A stretch of 63,111 nucleotides of DNA, filler included, from Hausera hauseri (GCA_046269625.1; 11 parts of 11 records of this genome joined end to end with filler, not necessarily neighbours in it); one strand, 5' to 3'. Numbered from the whole stretch's first letter, positions 39,013 through 51,714 are shown. Notes: generated by a model from the letters alone, not told the origin. A program made the numbers and translations.

Positions 39013-41038
39013 CTAAAACGGAGGTAACGCAATAAAATAATGCAAATCAAAATAAAGGGTCGTACGGTATTTGAACTGTAACATTCACATTCGATCGTTT
39101 TCGTAAAATATTTTTCAGACGAGTATTTGGATTCTGATTGGAAGAGACTGTAATTATAGAGAATAAGATGAAAATACTAAATGCAAATTCGGCAAATTGT
39201 TCTGTAAAATAATTAAAAAGATGCAACATATTAAGTTTCTAATATTTCGATCTTATTCAGATCTTCGCCAGAGAACATCGGTCGGGCAGATATTTTGACA
39301 CGAACTAAGCGATATCTTAATAAGATCGAAATATCAGAACGTTAAACAAATTCTGTAACATTATTATCCTCAAAAAGACAATTATACAAAGTTTATAATC
39401 GAACGATGCCAAAAAAATGTAAATGTGAAATTGCAAGTTGACAAGACGAAATTATGTAGAAATTTCGTTACGTTTGTGTAAGCTTTAAAATGGAAAGTAA
39501 CAGACTGAGCATAAGGAAGAAATTCTGCGAACAGTTTCATCCAATCAATGAAAGAAAAGACAGAGGAAAAGCAAATTGATATTTGCTGAATTATAGATAT
39601 ATGTTTATGACAATTTTTAAACATTTCTAAAAGCAAAGACGGTCACATTCTTTGGATGAAGTTCGTCAGAATATATCACACTGTGACTGTTAAAATGCTT
39701 CGTGAAGTTCAAAAAGCTTGGATATAGCGCCTTCGTGCCTGTGTCGAACACGACGGAAACATTTTTGAACATCAAATTAATTGATATTAGGTATAACACT
39801 TCATATTCATTATAAAATGTTAATACAATTATGTCACTTTTTTGCCTGTTTTTATAGCTTTTTATTATCGAAACTCCCATTGGTGCGTAACTTTTCGGAC
39901 GCACGGTACTTCCATTGCTGAGTCGACCATGAAGCGTGAGACCATGCAAATTTAACTCATTTTTTCTTTGGTTTATTTCGACCATGAAGCCCAGCTTCAA
40001 CTAATCGTTTTCTGACAGTCCAAGCAGATATCGGAGTATCAATTTCAATCAAAATTTCAAGTTGAATGTGTATGGCTTTTTTCGGATCAATATTTGACAA
40101 CTTTGAAAATTTTCGGTCAATTCGAACCTAAGTCTTACGTGGCTTCTGTTTTGGTTTAACGTTTTTANNNNNNNNNNNNNNNNNNNNNNNNNNNNNNNNN
40201 NNNNNNNNNNNTTAATTAATTAANNNNNNNNNNNNNNNNNNNNNNNNNNNNNNNNNNNNNNNNNNNNTTTTTTCATATTATTAATTAGCATTATATTTCG
40301 CACGTCTCCATAACTATTTTTATAGTAAAATTCGTTTCTTTGTTACAAAGTGTGGATAAGGTTAAAAATAATTTTCAGATTCGAATGAAACATAAAATAT
40401 TACCCGTTTTTTCCTGTTAGGAAATGTTAGTCATTAGTAGGAATTTTTGTAAACACGTTTCCTTTAACCCAAAATTCATACTTGTCGATAGTAAAATATA
40501 AATATGATTGAATTATGAAATTATTATTTTAATTTCAGAATCAAACTTCAACGAACAATGCTTTATTGGAAACTAACACAAAGGTAAAAGATATACTGAA
40601 ATCTGAAATATGTCATGTAGTACAAAATCGATCTAAAACTGTCGGTACAAACACATTCATTGATACTGTTTGCCGTTTTACTCAAACTGATTTTTAGAAT
40701 AAAGTAGAATTTATTTTTTATATAATCTTCGTAAAATAATTCCTAAAATTACAACACCAACAGTCGCAACGACTGTTGTTATTGTGCAATAGCTGAAATC
40801 TACATTAATTCAAGAAAATTGATTTAGAATTCTACCATGTTGGAGAATCTGATTCCATCTAAAGCGAAAATAAATTATTGTAATTTAAATGAGTATTTAT
40901 GTCATTGTTTGTAAAAACTGCCAAGAAAAATGTTGGATCTATTTTATCGAGACAAATTAATTCAGCAAATTTATCAAATTATTTACAAACAATTTTCATA
41001 AAATTCATAAATTTCTTTAAAATGTTTAGTTAAAACTA

Positions 41039-41315
41039 CCCCTGGTACTTCTATTTCACCAATTTCATAGTTCTTTAACATCGCCTGAGCATCCTGTGAA
41101 TGACCAATGTTATCAAATGCAAAAGTTGCATCGGTTCCAGCATTTTCCAACAGCACGTCGTCACCACCAGGATGCTAACAAACAATAAATTTGTTAACTA
41201 GATTAACTAAAACTTCAAGTAAAAAACTAGTGACATCATAAACTCTTCCCCGAATCAAAATCCAACAACTGTCTCGAGTATTGTGATTTTGTAAAGTTGT
41301 AAATGAAATTTTCAT
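41039..41315 (-). CDS. Cytochrome b5 heme-binding domain; exons 41315-41214 and 41174-~41039, 39-nt GT-AG intron
   Basis: Spliced product MKISFTTLQNHNTRDSCWILIRGRVYDVTSFLLE|HPGGDDVLLENAGTDATFAFDNIGHSQDAQAMLKNYEIG (HPGG and GHS heme ligands). Confidence 0.92.
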
Positions 41316-42439
41316 GTCTCAATTTTACATAAAAATAAGGCCACATTACGCGGGCAAAGAATATTCTTCTTACATAAACTATATAGATTTATTAGATTTA
41401 CCGTCCAAATAGAACAGCAAAGAACGAATTATCCCGGTAACTGTTTTTGGTCGTTAATTTAATGAATCTAACTTCTTGGAAAGCGGTAAATTCGAAAAGT
41501 TAACTTCCTGAACTACTGGAAATCCATGGATATATTAAATAATTACACTTTAACTGGTTTATGAGTTTCCAAATATATAAATTTCAAAATATTGTCGTAG
41601 GAATACCTATTCTGAAATGAAACTTGTTCAAAGCTTTATAAAATGCTATTTCTTTAAATATTTCACAAACTGACTGTAGTACATGACAAAAGAAATAAAA
41701 ATTACATGATGCTTCATTTTACAATCATAGAATGATCAGTAAAAAGATAAAACAGCGGCTAATTTATAAAAATTAAATTTCGGAATGTTGCATTAGATTT
41801 CGTGTGCATTAAATGCCAAAATTTGTTAAAACTTACGGTTTAAGTTTTGAGTATCACGTTTTAAATTATTCTGTAAAACAACATATGTGAATGTGTATAT
41901 TACACCGTAGTGCATTTTAATCCCAGTCGGAAACTCTTAAAATATTTCAAAATTCCTGGACGTATGCAAAATATTAGATAATTCTAATTTTGCTAAATCT
42001 AATAGTCTCTGTAGTGAAAAATCTTAATCGCAATTTAAAACGACCTTTATATCACAAGCAAGCCACGATGTTTCTAAGCACGTACATAATATATAAAATT
42101 ACGATCGGTTTGCTGGGCAAGGTCGGCAGATGAAAATCCGGAGTATCACCTGACTTCTTATCGATTTATACATTCCAGACAGTTTCTCAAACTTCGTCAA
42201 AGGTTCAAATTAAACATATAATTTATTAATTACAGTTATTGAAACAAATATGTAATTTATGAAAAATAAATAATATTAAATTATTATTTATATTTAAGTC
42301 ATCACTTATAAAAGTATAAAAGAAACCGCGGAAACCTTTACACTTCCAATATACAAACCTAGTAACAAAATTTCAAGGGTAAAAGATAAATTCTAAATAT
42401 AAATATTTTAAAATTCAATAAATATTGTCATACTTAATA

Positions 42440-43333
42440 TCAAAAATTTATATAAATCACATTTAACTTCGAGGTGTTCAAATCTATCGCGACGTTTGGT
42501 AGACGTCTTAATATATCACACCCTAGTACTACATCATCCATCAAATGTTCTATTATAGAAAATTCATGCTGAATGTTTGTCCCATTATTTTAAGATTAGG
42601 ATTCCACTTAAATTTTGGTCCTGATTCTTGTCCGAAAGCTCCTATACTTCCGGGGTCGGTTGCAAGTGGTAGTCGTAATTGATTTCGCAACGTTTTTGGT
42701 ATTGATCCATCTTTTATAAATGATTTCTCTGATCCGGTATCTACTAGTGCGTATACTTCCCAATCGTCAATACTAATTTGGGCGAAAGGTCCATCTTCTT
42801 TTATCTTAGGTTGTTTAACGACGGATATCTTGTACCCATTTATACTAATTTCTGGTGCTTTACTCTCGGCTACTTGTCTTAATTTCTCAATGGGATATAA
42901 TCCATTATTTACACTCTCGATGCGGCGTATTGATTAGCGGTTCTCGGTTGTTTTGGTTATGGAAGGATTGCATTCGTGGATTATCCCAAATTACTGATTT
43001 AGTTTCTATATGCCGTGAAATCCTTGGAGAGTATATCACTCTGTGGTCATCCACCGATTGGCGGCATAATTCAGATTTTTCCTTAATTCGGTACATGTTC
43101 GTAACACACCGTATTGTTTTGTCACTTCATAGGGATCTTCGTAGCTGAAAGGCTTCCGAACCACTTGTCAAGTACGCAAACGGAATTGCTTCCAAATTGG
43201 CTTGTATTTGGCGACCAAGTTCCTCAAATTTTAATTGACTAGTTTGAAATCTCAACAAATCACGCGCCAACTTCTCCTGCGTAACCAAATTTAACATATG
43301 CCATAAATTAATAGCTCGACTTTCATTAATCAT
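42440..43333 (-). pseudogene. Retropepsin (A2) aspartic protease preceded by an unknown N-terminal region; one stop and two frame changes; no RT follows
   Basis: GPFAQISIDDWEVYALVDTGSEKSFI (DTGS at 42741-42730), then after a frameshift HEFSIIEHLMDDVVLGCDILRRL; ORFs 43333-43127 and 43096-42905 share one frame. Confidence 0.8.
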
Positions 43334-44029
43334 CTAAAACGAAAAAACATTTAAATTAAAATAATATATAAGAAAAAACATTTAAATTAAAAATATTTAA
43401 ATTAAAATAATATATATATTATTTAACTCCTATTCGGAGCCTGCCTTCACAGATCGCGCGTGATCTCAGAGGCCGACCACCCGAAAACTGAATGGCCTTG
43501 AAGGATGACTCGAGCTCCAAAAAAAAAAAATTTATAAAATTTTTATAAATATACATATTTATTATTATCATTTTTTTCTGTATCATATTATTATTTGAGC
43601 CCTACGGCTACATTACATATTTAACCAAAGTACAAATTAAGACCACTTAAATCAATATTCACCAAGTGTATAGGGTCTCGGACAGCCCATTACACATAGA
43701 AAACCCGATCAATGTACTGCCCGATAACTGCAGGCTAATACCAGCCGAAGAAATCGATTAGTAATCAACTAATCGCACCGGCGCCAATCACCTAACACAT
43801 AGTGCCCGACAACTGCAGGCTAATTACAGCCGAGAAAAACACTTGAAAAAATCAATAATACCACTTGGTAACACAAAATAAAATAACACACAGCCTAGCT
43901 CAATACAATTAAAGTACAGGCTTAACATTTATATATACATATTGAGCTGGCTCAATCTTTATTTAAAATTCTTTTCTCTAAGTTTGAGTAAAAAATATTA
44001 TATATATATATTTTTAAAATATATTTAAA

Positions 44030-45398
44030 ATGGACAAATTAGAAGTACAACATTTGATGCAGCAACCAGAATACAATGCTGAGAATAACGAAAAGTAAAT
44101 TTTTTCATTTATTTATTTTATTATTTATTTCTTAAAGAACTTATAGACGTAACTTCCATATACTAACAGAGAACGATATTCCTCTCTTCCCCGAAAACGC
44201 TTTTGACAATGATGTTTTGGAATCATTACAAAGCAAATTTCGAGAACAAATCAATACACTAGCCATGCCACCGAGAGTGGCAACTTTCCGCCATTTCATG
44301 CTCGTCCATAAAATAGATGACGACTTCAATGGTAGATATTACGCAGAATCACGATATCTACCATTGTATTACAAATATCATTGGTTCATACGCATCCAGG
44401 AAGAAATTTCAAAAGGTGGAAATAAACACTTACACGTGTTAATTTACACACCCCAACCTTACAGATTAAAATCTATGTGGAATATTTTGGGGTCTTACAT
44501 TCTCCCTTTCAGATGCGATGTCCAAAAAGTATATTTTACTATTATCATTAATATTATTATTAATATATAGGTTTATTTATACCATTACAAGCCGACTTTT
44601 GAGGGCGCAACTGTAGCTCAATTCGGTGTACCGCCTTTCAACGTTTTGCGGGATAATACCAGTCGCAAAGCGGTTTACCGCATGTTTGACGAGGCAAAAA
44701 CAGCCTCCGAAGCCCTCGAGGTAATGAAGGACGGCGATAGAGCCGAATACGTTACAAAAAACAAATTATTGTGCAACTACGTTCGTAATAAATTCAGAGA
44801 ACGTTTCGTTCCCAAGAAAGAATTTCAATTCTTAATAGAACCCATCAATTTCCGACCCGACAAAGGCATTAACAGCGCAATCATTTTCGGCGCTTCGAAC
44901 ATTGGTAAAACATCTTTTGCTCTGAGTCACGGAAATAATCCACTGATCCTTCATTCTCTTCATGATTGCCCGGTAGATTGGACGGGCGAATACGATCTTA
45001 TAATACTCGATGACGTGGGCTTCCACGATGCGCCACCCGATATTTTCCTCTCAATCATCCAATGCAACCACGTTAATGACAACAGAAGCATACGTGGGTT
45101 GTACAAAAGCGTCATCATTCCGTCCACAGTTCCGCTAATCATGACTTACAACAGCGAAAACACATTCTGGCCTTACAAAATGGACCAGTTACAAAAAGAA
45201 GCTTGTATAAAACGGCTAAGGATATATCAATGCGGAACTACTATGTTATATAAATCAGAACAGCCCAGAAACAATTTCGTAGTGGAAAATACAGTCAACG
45301 TTGGAGATGAAATTGCTAAGAAAAGGGTGAAAATAACTTTGTGCCGCAATCCAGACACACAAGATTGGCAAGCAGGCAATCCAGGCACCAGCCAATGA
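44030..45398 (+). CDS. rep: CRESS-DNA-virus-type Rep (HUH endonuclease + SF3 helicase), ~424 aa; exons 44030-44094, 44147-44528 and 44571-45398
   Basis: Two phase-compatible GT-AG introns; motif I-like RHFMLV, motif II EEISKGGNKHLHVLI, motif III YHYK..QFG; Walker A GASNIGKT, Walker B IILDD, motif C IMTYN. Confidence 0.9.
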
Positions 45399-45452
45399 AA
45401 ACTTACTATCTTTGTGTACTATAAATAGATATTAGTCCGTGTTTTATTTCTT

Positions 45453-46088
45453 ATGTCTGATAATCTTAGTATGTCTAATATTTGTTATGAATTAATAAGT
45501 GCTTACAGTCATTGTATTTCCACACAGAAATTAATAAACAATTTATGTGATTCGATTTATACCGAAAAATATGATGACTATCTAAATCTTATGCATGCTA
45601 ATGCTTTTGTTGGAATTACTCTCAATCATATTTACAATATTATGCAGCAATACGAAAATCTGATGGATAAATTACCTATAGTTGAACCAATGCCTACCCA
45701 AGGAAAAATGCGTGCCTACTTATCCGATGATCCCTTCATTACATACGACAGTACTCAATCAGCTAGATCTATTTGTAATGAACGATTCCAAGAATGCCGG
45801 GTTATGGATCCTAACACTACCTCTTTAGAGGCGCCGAATACTTGCTTCCTATGCTGCAAGCCTAAGTCAAGTATTCCGCATACTTTAAATGTATTTAATA
45901 GTCGCAAGAAGGATTCGTGGGACCGATCATTCTACATTCATACAGAGAATATAGAGGAACAACCTACTATGAACCACCTAGAACAGGCTTTATTATCCTG
46001 CCACCTGACTGATACTCCGATATCTTCGTTGGCAACATGTTTTTTCATATTATTTGTGGGATGTAGAAATAATATTAATATTAAATAA
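45453..46088 (+). CDS. Unknown 211-aa protein directly downstream of Rep
   Basis: Open ORF starting 55 nt after the Rep stop; helical N-half, CFLCC..H segment; no capsid-like features seen. Confidence 0.55.
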   Translation: MSDNLSMSNICYELISAYSHCISTQKLINNLCDSIYTEKYDDYLNLMHANAFVGITLNHIYNIMQQYENLMDKLPIVEPMPTQGKMRAYLSDDPFITYDSTQSARSICNERFQECRVMDPNTTSLEAPNTCFLCCKPKSSIPHTLNVFNSRKKDSWDRSFYIHTENIEEQPTMNHLEQALLSCHLTDTPISSLATCFFILFVGCRNNINIK

Positions 46089-47145
46089 TTGTATATTGAA
46101 ATCCACGCTCAATCGTCAATTATCTTAAAAAATATCTTCAATGGAAATACTGCGTTTAAATAATGACTTATTTGAAATACAAGTTTTTATGTATTAGAGT
46201 CTTTTTATGGATTTCGTAAATCCCCACACTACAGCGGCTAATATTATTAATGAGCATTATATTTTGTACATACCTGACTGATGGTTATAAAAACTCTATG
46301 TAACAGTAAGATTATAATTGCTTGTAAATACGCGATTATAGAAATCGAGTTTTGGGAAAAATTAGTTTTAGCTATGAAATATGAATTACAATTATTTATT
46401 ACAAAATGCGTACAAATATTCGAAGGCAATCTAAAATCAACTATCAAGAAACATTTGGGTATGGTTTACGTTTGATGATTCAGAGTGCATACGATGTATC
46501 AGAATCAAATCTGATTGGTACCTGGAAGTTTTAAGTCATCAGGAGCGTCGATAAAAACTATTTCGAAGGAAATTCAAATTGTTATTTGCCCATTCGAAAA
46601 TGCGATAGAATATATAGTATAAATCTGAAAAATTGACAGAACAAGTACGATTCAGGGAAGTATGGGCCATATAGACTAGCAGTAAAGTCCCTATTAAAAG
46701 TGGTTATTTTATTCAACTTATTGTTTCATATGTAACAAGATGTAGTTTTTAGTTTGACGTTAAACCTTTTTTAAGGTACTTCTCATTATGGTTATGTTCT
46801 TTTGTTATCGTTAAATTAATCGTTAAAACATTAGAGATACTATTAATGATATCGGTTAAAGAAAATTGTTAATTAAATGGTGTTCAGATAGGTAATACGT
46901 AGACCTGTTGCCATATTTAGAAACAAGAACTTATTTATTGTTTGAGAACATTTATTTGTGTTAAAATTATTCTCTATTGGCTAAATTATGTAAAGATATT
47001 TGCAATAGTCGATTTTAATTCCACATCATCATTTTAAACAAAAGAGGTGAATTACATTATAGAAATAGGGGAAATGAAGTAAAACAAAACGTTAAAACGA
47101 AACAGTAGATATAGTGAAAAAAATATTTGCTAACAAAGTCAAACT

Positions 47146-47575
47146 AACGCTATTGGAGCCTTTAAATGTTTTGGCATTTCGCACTTGTTCAAATTTCCCC
47201 TAATACGTTTAAGAATTTTGGACTGATAAAATTTTCATTCAATTTCTCGAGCTAATGGTCTTTTAATGTTCGATTTGTAGTATTTTCAGGAAGAATTGTC
47301 AAACTAATAAGTATTCATCTTATTAATAATCGCATATTCTCTCATGTATACATTTAGGTTATGCACATGAGTGATCACAAAGCATAGACTGAATATTATA
47401 TGAATATTTTTATTTTGACAGAACATCAAGGAAAGGATATATATCGAATATTAAAGGAATATTAGCTCGAGAAAAGTATTCAAAATTTTGTCATTGTTAA
47501 AAAATCGTAAAAATCGTGAGGAAGAGTTGAAAAAGTGCGAAATAGTCAAACGTTTAAGAATCCCAATTGCGTTAT
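47146..47575. mobile_element. MITE / long inverted repeat
   Basis: 47146-47257 is the diverged reverse complement of 47461-47575 (TTTCTCGAGCTAAT / ATTAGCTCGAGAAA; TTTCGCACTT / AAGTGCGAAA). Confidence 0.75.
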
Positions 47576-48689
47576 TTTGGCTTTCTTGGTAAAACGTTTT
47601 TTAGGATTATTAATCAGCATTATATTTGCACCTCTCCGACTATTTGTTATAAACAGCCTACATTTACAGTACAATTCGTTTCCTTGTTGGTTTGACGTAA
47701 CCATTTTTATTAATTTATAATTGGGGAAAATGGGCGGTTTTCAAAATCTATCTCAAATATTTTTATAAATATTTTAAATGTTCATTTTTCAATATTTTTA
47801 CCATGTTTGTAATTGAAACAGCTATAAAAACCCGTTTTACATACTCGTCGAAAGTGTACTGTAGTCAGAAGTAGTATGAATAATACAATATAATTATAAT
47901 TAATTAATTATTCATAGAATAGGGAATAAATCAGCATTTGATTTCAAAATGAATTAAGTAAATATTGAATCAACTTATTCGACAATGCTGATGATTATAA
48001 ACTTCAGCAACAGGACTTTTTTCGTCTTAAGTTCGAATTTTGTGTGTGCTTTGAATTTATCGTTGTGTATTGGTAATTAGATGTATGCATTAAATTCTTT
48101 GTATTACCTATGGACAATGTACTCTATCAAATCATTAATACGGATTAATACTTCTGTAACGCACACAAAATCAAGTTTATTGCGTCTATTCGTTACCTGA
48201 CAACATCTACAATTGCCACAATTATGAATTTGACATACAGGCAGCCCCTGTATAATGCGGTGAAAATTTTGAGACGACCCCATAGAACTCGTGCCAGTTT
48301 CACAATAACGTGGTTTTTCCCCCTACATACATAACTTATTTTAAATATCCACTTAGCTTGTAAGTATTCGAAATTATCGTAATTTATACAGATTTTAGTT
48401 TGAGATAATTTTTTCAATTTATCTTGAATTAAAATTTTCTTTTGTTAATAAATAATATTTTTAATAGCATAATCTAACCTTAATAAATAGTATTCGAAAA
48501 AAGGTTCTGTGGTGTCCACATGGGGGGGAGGTTTTGTTTCTGTCATCAATGTTCGTATTTTTTAAACTTTGTAGAACATTTATGAAATGCACATAAATTA
48601 CATTTTTAAAAAAAAAGAAATAATTGAATGGACACAGAATTAGCAAATATTTGCATAATTAATTTTAAAAAGTCATAAATATAAACCGT

Positions 48690-48766
48690 TACAGATGCAT
48701 CCCCGTGTAACGCGACTTCATTACAACGCGGAACCGTAAAACCGCGTTGTACGGGGTCCGGCTATA
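48690..48766. mobile_element. Tiny pogo/Tigger-like MITE remnant
   Basis: CCCCGTGTAACGCG ... CGCGTTGTACGGGG inverted repeat. Confidence 0.5.
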
Positions 48767-49295
48767 CTTATAATTTCATTTAATCAAATCACGGTTAGAA
48801 GGTGTGTACTTTTTTGTTTCGCGTTGGGGAATCCACTAAACCCTAGGTGCCCTTTATTATATTCGGTAATTTGTATTTAAGTGCATTTTAAAATTGTAGG
48901 ACAGAAAAATAGCAGAATTAAAGCAGAAAATAAAGAATTTGAAACAGCAGGTGACTTTTAATTTCAGAACTTATATTTTTGAATTCTTGTTGAGATTTTC
49001 ATTTTTCTTTATAAACTGTTTTCTATATATTTATTGGTATAACAAAAACATATTGACATATTTTAAATATGCTGTATGATTTAAAGAAAATCTGTATGAT
49101 TTCAACATTAACGCCTTACATTGTATAGGAAACTGTTTTCTTCATATAATATGTTTCACACTCACAAAAAATTTCGTGACATTTAGTGTCTGAAATAATT
49201 ACGCAGTTCATTAAGTTTGGTTATGAAAGTGACCACTGCTCTTGAAAATATTGAACAATCAGAATAAAGACATCTAGAAACCGTTAGTTTGAGCA

Positions 49296-49710
49296 GAAAC
49301 GAGACAGTTGAAATTTCATTATACGCTGAGAAACATCGCTACGAATAAAAATTCTCAAGTCATATTAACTCATTAGAGGTCAACTGCTTACAGACAATAT
49401 TAACAACGGAACTATTATTGTATTGATCAAATTCCAATCGTGAAAATATTCATGTACGTCGAATTTTAGGAAACGTGTTTTATCAATAATGAAGCCAGAA
49501 AGTTGTCAGAAATATCTATGTAACATGAATATTTCCACTATCGGGAGTTGGTCACTACAATGAAAGTTCCGTTGTTTGTATTGTCTGTAAGTAGTTAACT
49601 TCTGTTGAGTTAATATAACTTGAAAATTATCTTCTTTTTCAGAATTTGGTTAAAATATTTGTAGGCACTGTTTTCTCAGGGTATAATGGAATTTCAACTG
49701 TCTCGTTTCT
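49296..49710. mobile_element. Foldback/MITE palindrome of ~415 bp
   Basis: AGAAACGAGACAGTTGAAATT at 49296 and AATTTCAACTGTCTCGTTTCT ending at 49710; the inner arms also pair. Confidence 0.85.
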
Positions 49711-49747
49711 ACTATATGTGTAATTTAGATGTGTTGTAATTTGCTAT

Positions 49748-50543
49748 ACACAGTATGGCAATAAAGTTCCCGGACTTGTTTTATTATTTCACCAGGAATA
49801 ATAACACAATAATGCAAACTGCAGTGAATAAATCTAGGATGCCTTGTGCATGTCATGTACAAATGTTATCTTTGCATCATTAGTCAGGAATGAGTTAATC
49901 ATAATTTCATTTATTGTGATTTTGTGTTATGTTTAGCTTTTAATATGGAACAAAGTGCAGTAATAAAATTTTGTTTTAAAGTACGAAAATCGACCACAGA
50001 AACGTTTCACATGCTGAAGCAAGCATGTGGAGATGAAGCTATGTCCAGATCAAGTACTTCTGAATGGTATAAAAGATTCCAAAATGGTCGAGATTGTTTA
50101 GAGGATGATGAAAGTTCTGGCCGTCCTTCAACTCGCGAGAAGATTATGTAGTGAACTTCGTGCGTGCTCTTCTTGCAGAAGATGGCAGTTTGACACTCCG
50201 TGAAATGAGTGAACGTTTGAAAATTAACAAAGAAAGCATTCGATTAATAATTCGTGGGGATTTGAACAAACGGAAGATTTGTTCTCGGTTTGTTCCTCAC
50301 TTTTAACCAATGAGTGATTTGGTAGAAACAAGTGATGCTTCAGAGAATTTTTTGGATTCAACCGTTACTGGTGATGAATCGTGGTGTTTTAAATACGATC
50401 CACAAACAAAGCGTCAATCATCAGCCTGACTTAGTCCTGACAAGCCACGACCAGCAAAGGTTCGAATGCAAAAATCGCATGTCAAAACGATGCCCATTGC
50501 TTTTTTGATGGAAAAGGAATTGTTCATCATGAATTTGTTCCAT
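49748..50543 (+). mobile_element. Mariner transposon, decayed and truncated by the contig end
   Basis: TIR-like TACACAGTATGGCAATAAAGTTCCCGGACT; MEQSAVIKFCF..WYKRFQNGR..LEDD.SSGRP; FVPH; VTGDESW..YDP.TKRQS. Confidence 0.92.
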
Positions 50544-50989
50544 NNNNNNNNNNNNNNNNNNNNNNNNNNNNNNNNNNNNNNNNNNNNTTAATTAATTAAN
50601 NNNNNNNNNNNNNNNNNNNNNNNNNNNNNNNNNNNNNNNNNNNGATATCCATGACGACCTACGCTTCACAGCGTGTCACCTGATGATGATGAGTCTTGTT
50701 GATTTTAAATTCTGTCTGAATATGATTATTTTTTCACTTCATTTTTATATTAAATAAAGCGGTTTTAATTGTGTACTTATTTTGAATTTTCATTTTTTTT
50801 TTAATAAATGTCAAAATAAAAACCAAACTGCTGGTATTTTGTTTGCTTTAATTTTCGTTAATGCAGGTTTCTATATTAAATATTGCGCTTGATAATGCCA
50901 TTCTCTGTGACCATTTTGTCGCTTTCAATCATTAATAACAATAACATCTAGTGAAATATTTAATATTGAGTACTGTACAGATTTATTAG

Positions 50990-51092
50990 TTTGAATAAGT
51001 AAAGTGGAGGACGGGGAGGGAGCAGGGGGTCTGCGGTTGTAATAGTTTTTGGGAAATGGGTCAGCGGTCGAAAAAAAGGTTGGGAAGCCCTG
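50990..51092 (-). mobile_element. hAT Charlie/Buster-type terminus
   Basis: TIR CAGGGCTTCCCAACCTTTT next to GTCTAGAA, which fits the NTCTAGAN target consensus. Confidence 0.65.
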
Positions 51093-51714
51093 GTCTAGAA
51101 AAACTGACATTAGCGGTTAAAAACATAGCGAAGAACAGAACCTTTTCTTGAACATAAAAAGTACAAAAATAATGTCAATTGACACAACTAGTCGCCAACC
51201 AAAAATCACCTTAGACAATGAAGAAATAGAGAATGTCTCAGATACATGTTTTTAGGAGCTTTATTTGGATTGCGTTGTTGGTGCGTGAGTAGTGTTATAC
51301 TCGCACCGAAGTCGTAAAACTGCGTAATGGGTGGATATAAGAAAAAACGTGAATAGCGGCTGGATGCGTAATCAGTCGGTGTAAGGGGGAGACAACTTTT
51401 TGGAAATGTTTTAGGGGAGACAACTCTTTCATATTGATGTTGTTAATTAGGTAATTATGTGTAAGCGAGGGGTAAGGGGGATAATTTATGCATAAAGGTG
51501 CGCCCGATGACGCCTATAACACTACTAATTGGATGCGCATACTTTGGCGAGTTATTGTTTTTTCTTGTCCAAAGTGTGTCAATACTTGCTATGGGGCTTA
51601 ATTAAGCCAGATAATGGTCATTTGCGACCACCTGTGACTTCTTCTTCTTCTGCGACTTCTATCAGTCAATATTTTTATAATGTTCTCTGTAGAGTTGGAC
51701 TTATAGTTATATAG

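Noticed and set aside
42524-42532. TAGTACTAC as a CRESS nonanucleotide origin
   Set aside because: Lies within protease coding sequence (VVLG) and has no flanking stem
40270-47690. Similar segments at 40270-40345 and 47600-47690 as terminal repeats of the Rep element
   Set aside because: They are diverged, enclose the host cytochrome b5 gene and adjoin a MITE, so a dispersed host repeat is more likely
50678-50695. CTGATGA as a hammerhead core
   Set aside because: It is the (GAT)n tail of an RTE-like LINE, also present at 54320-54370; no stem II or GAAA
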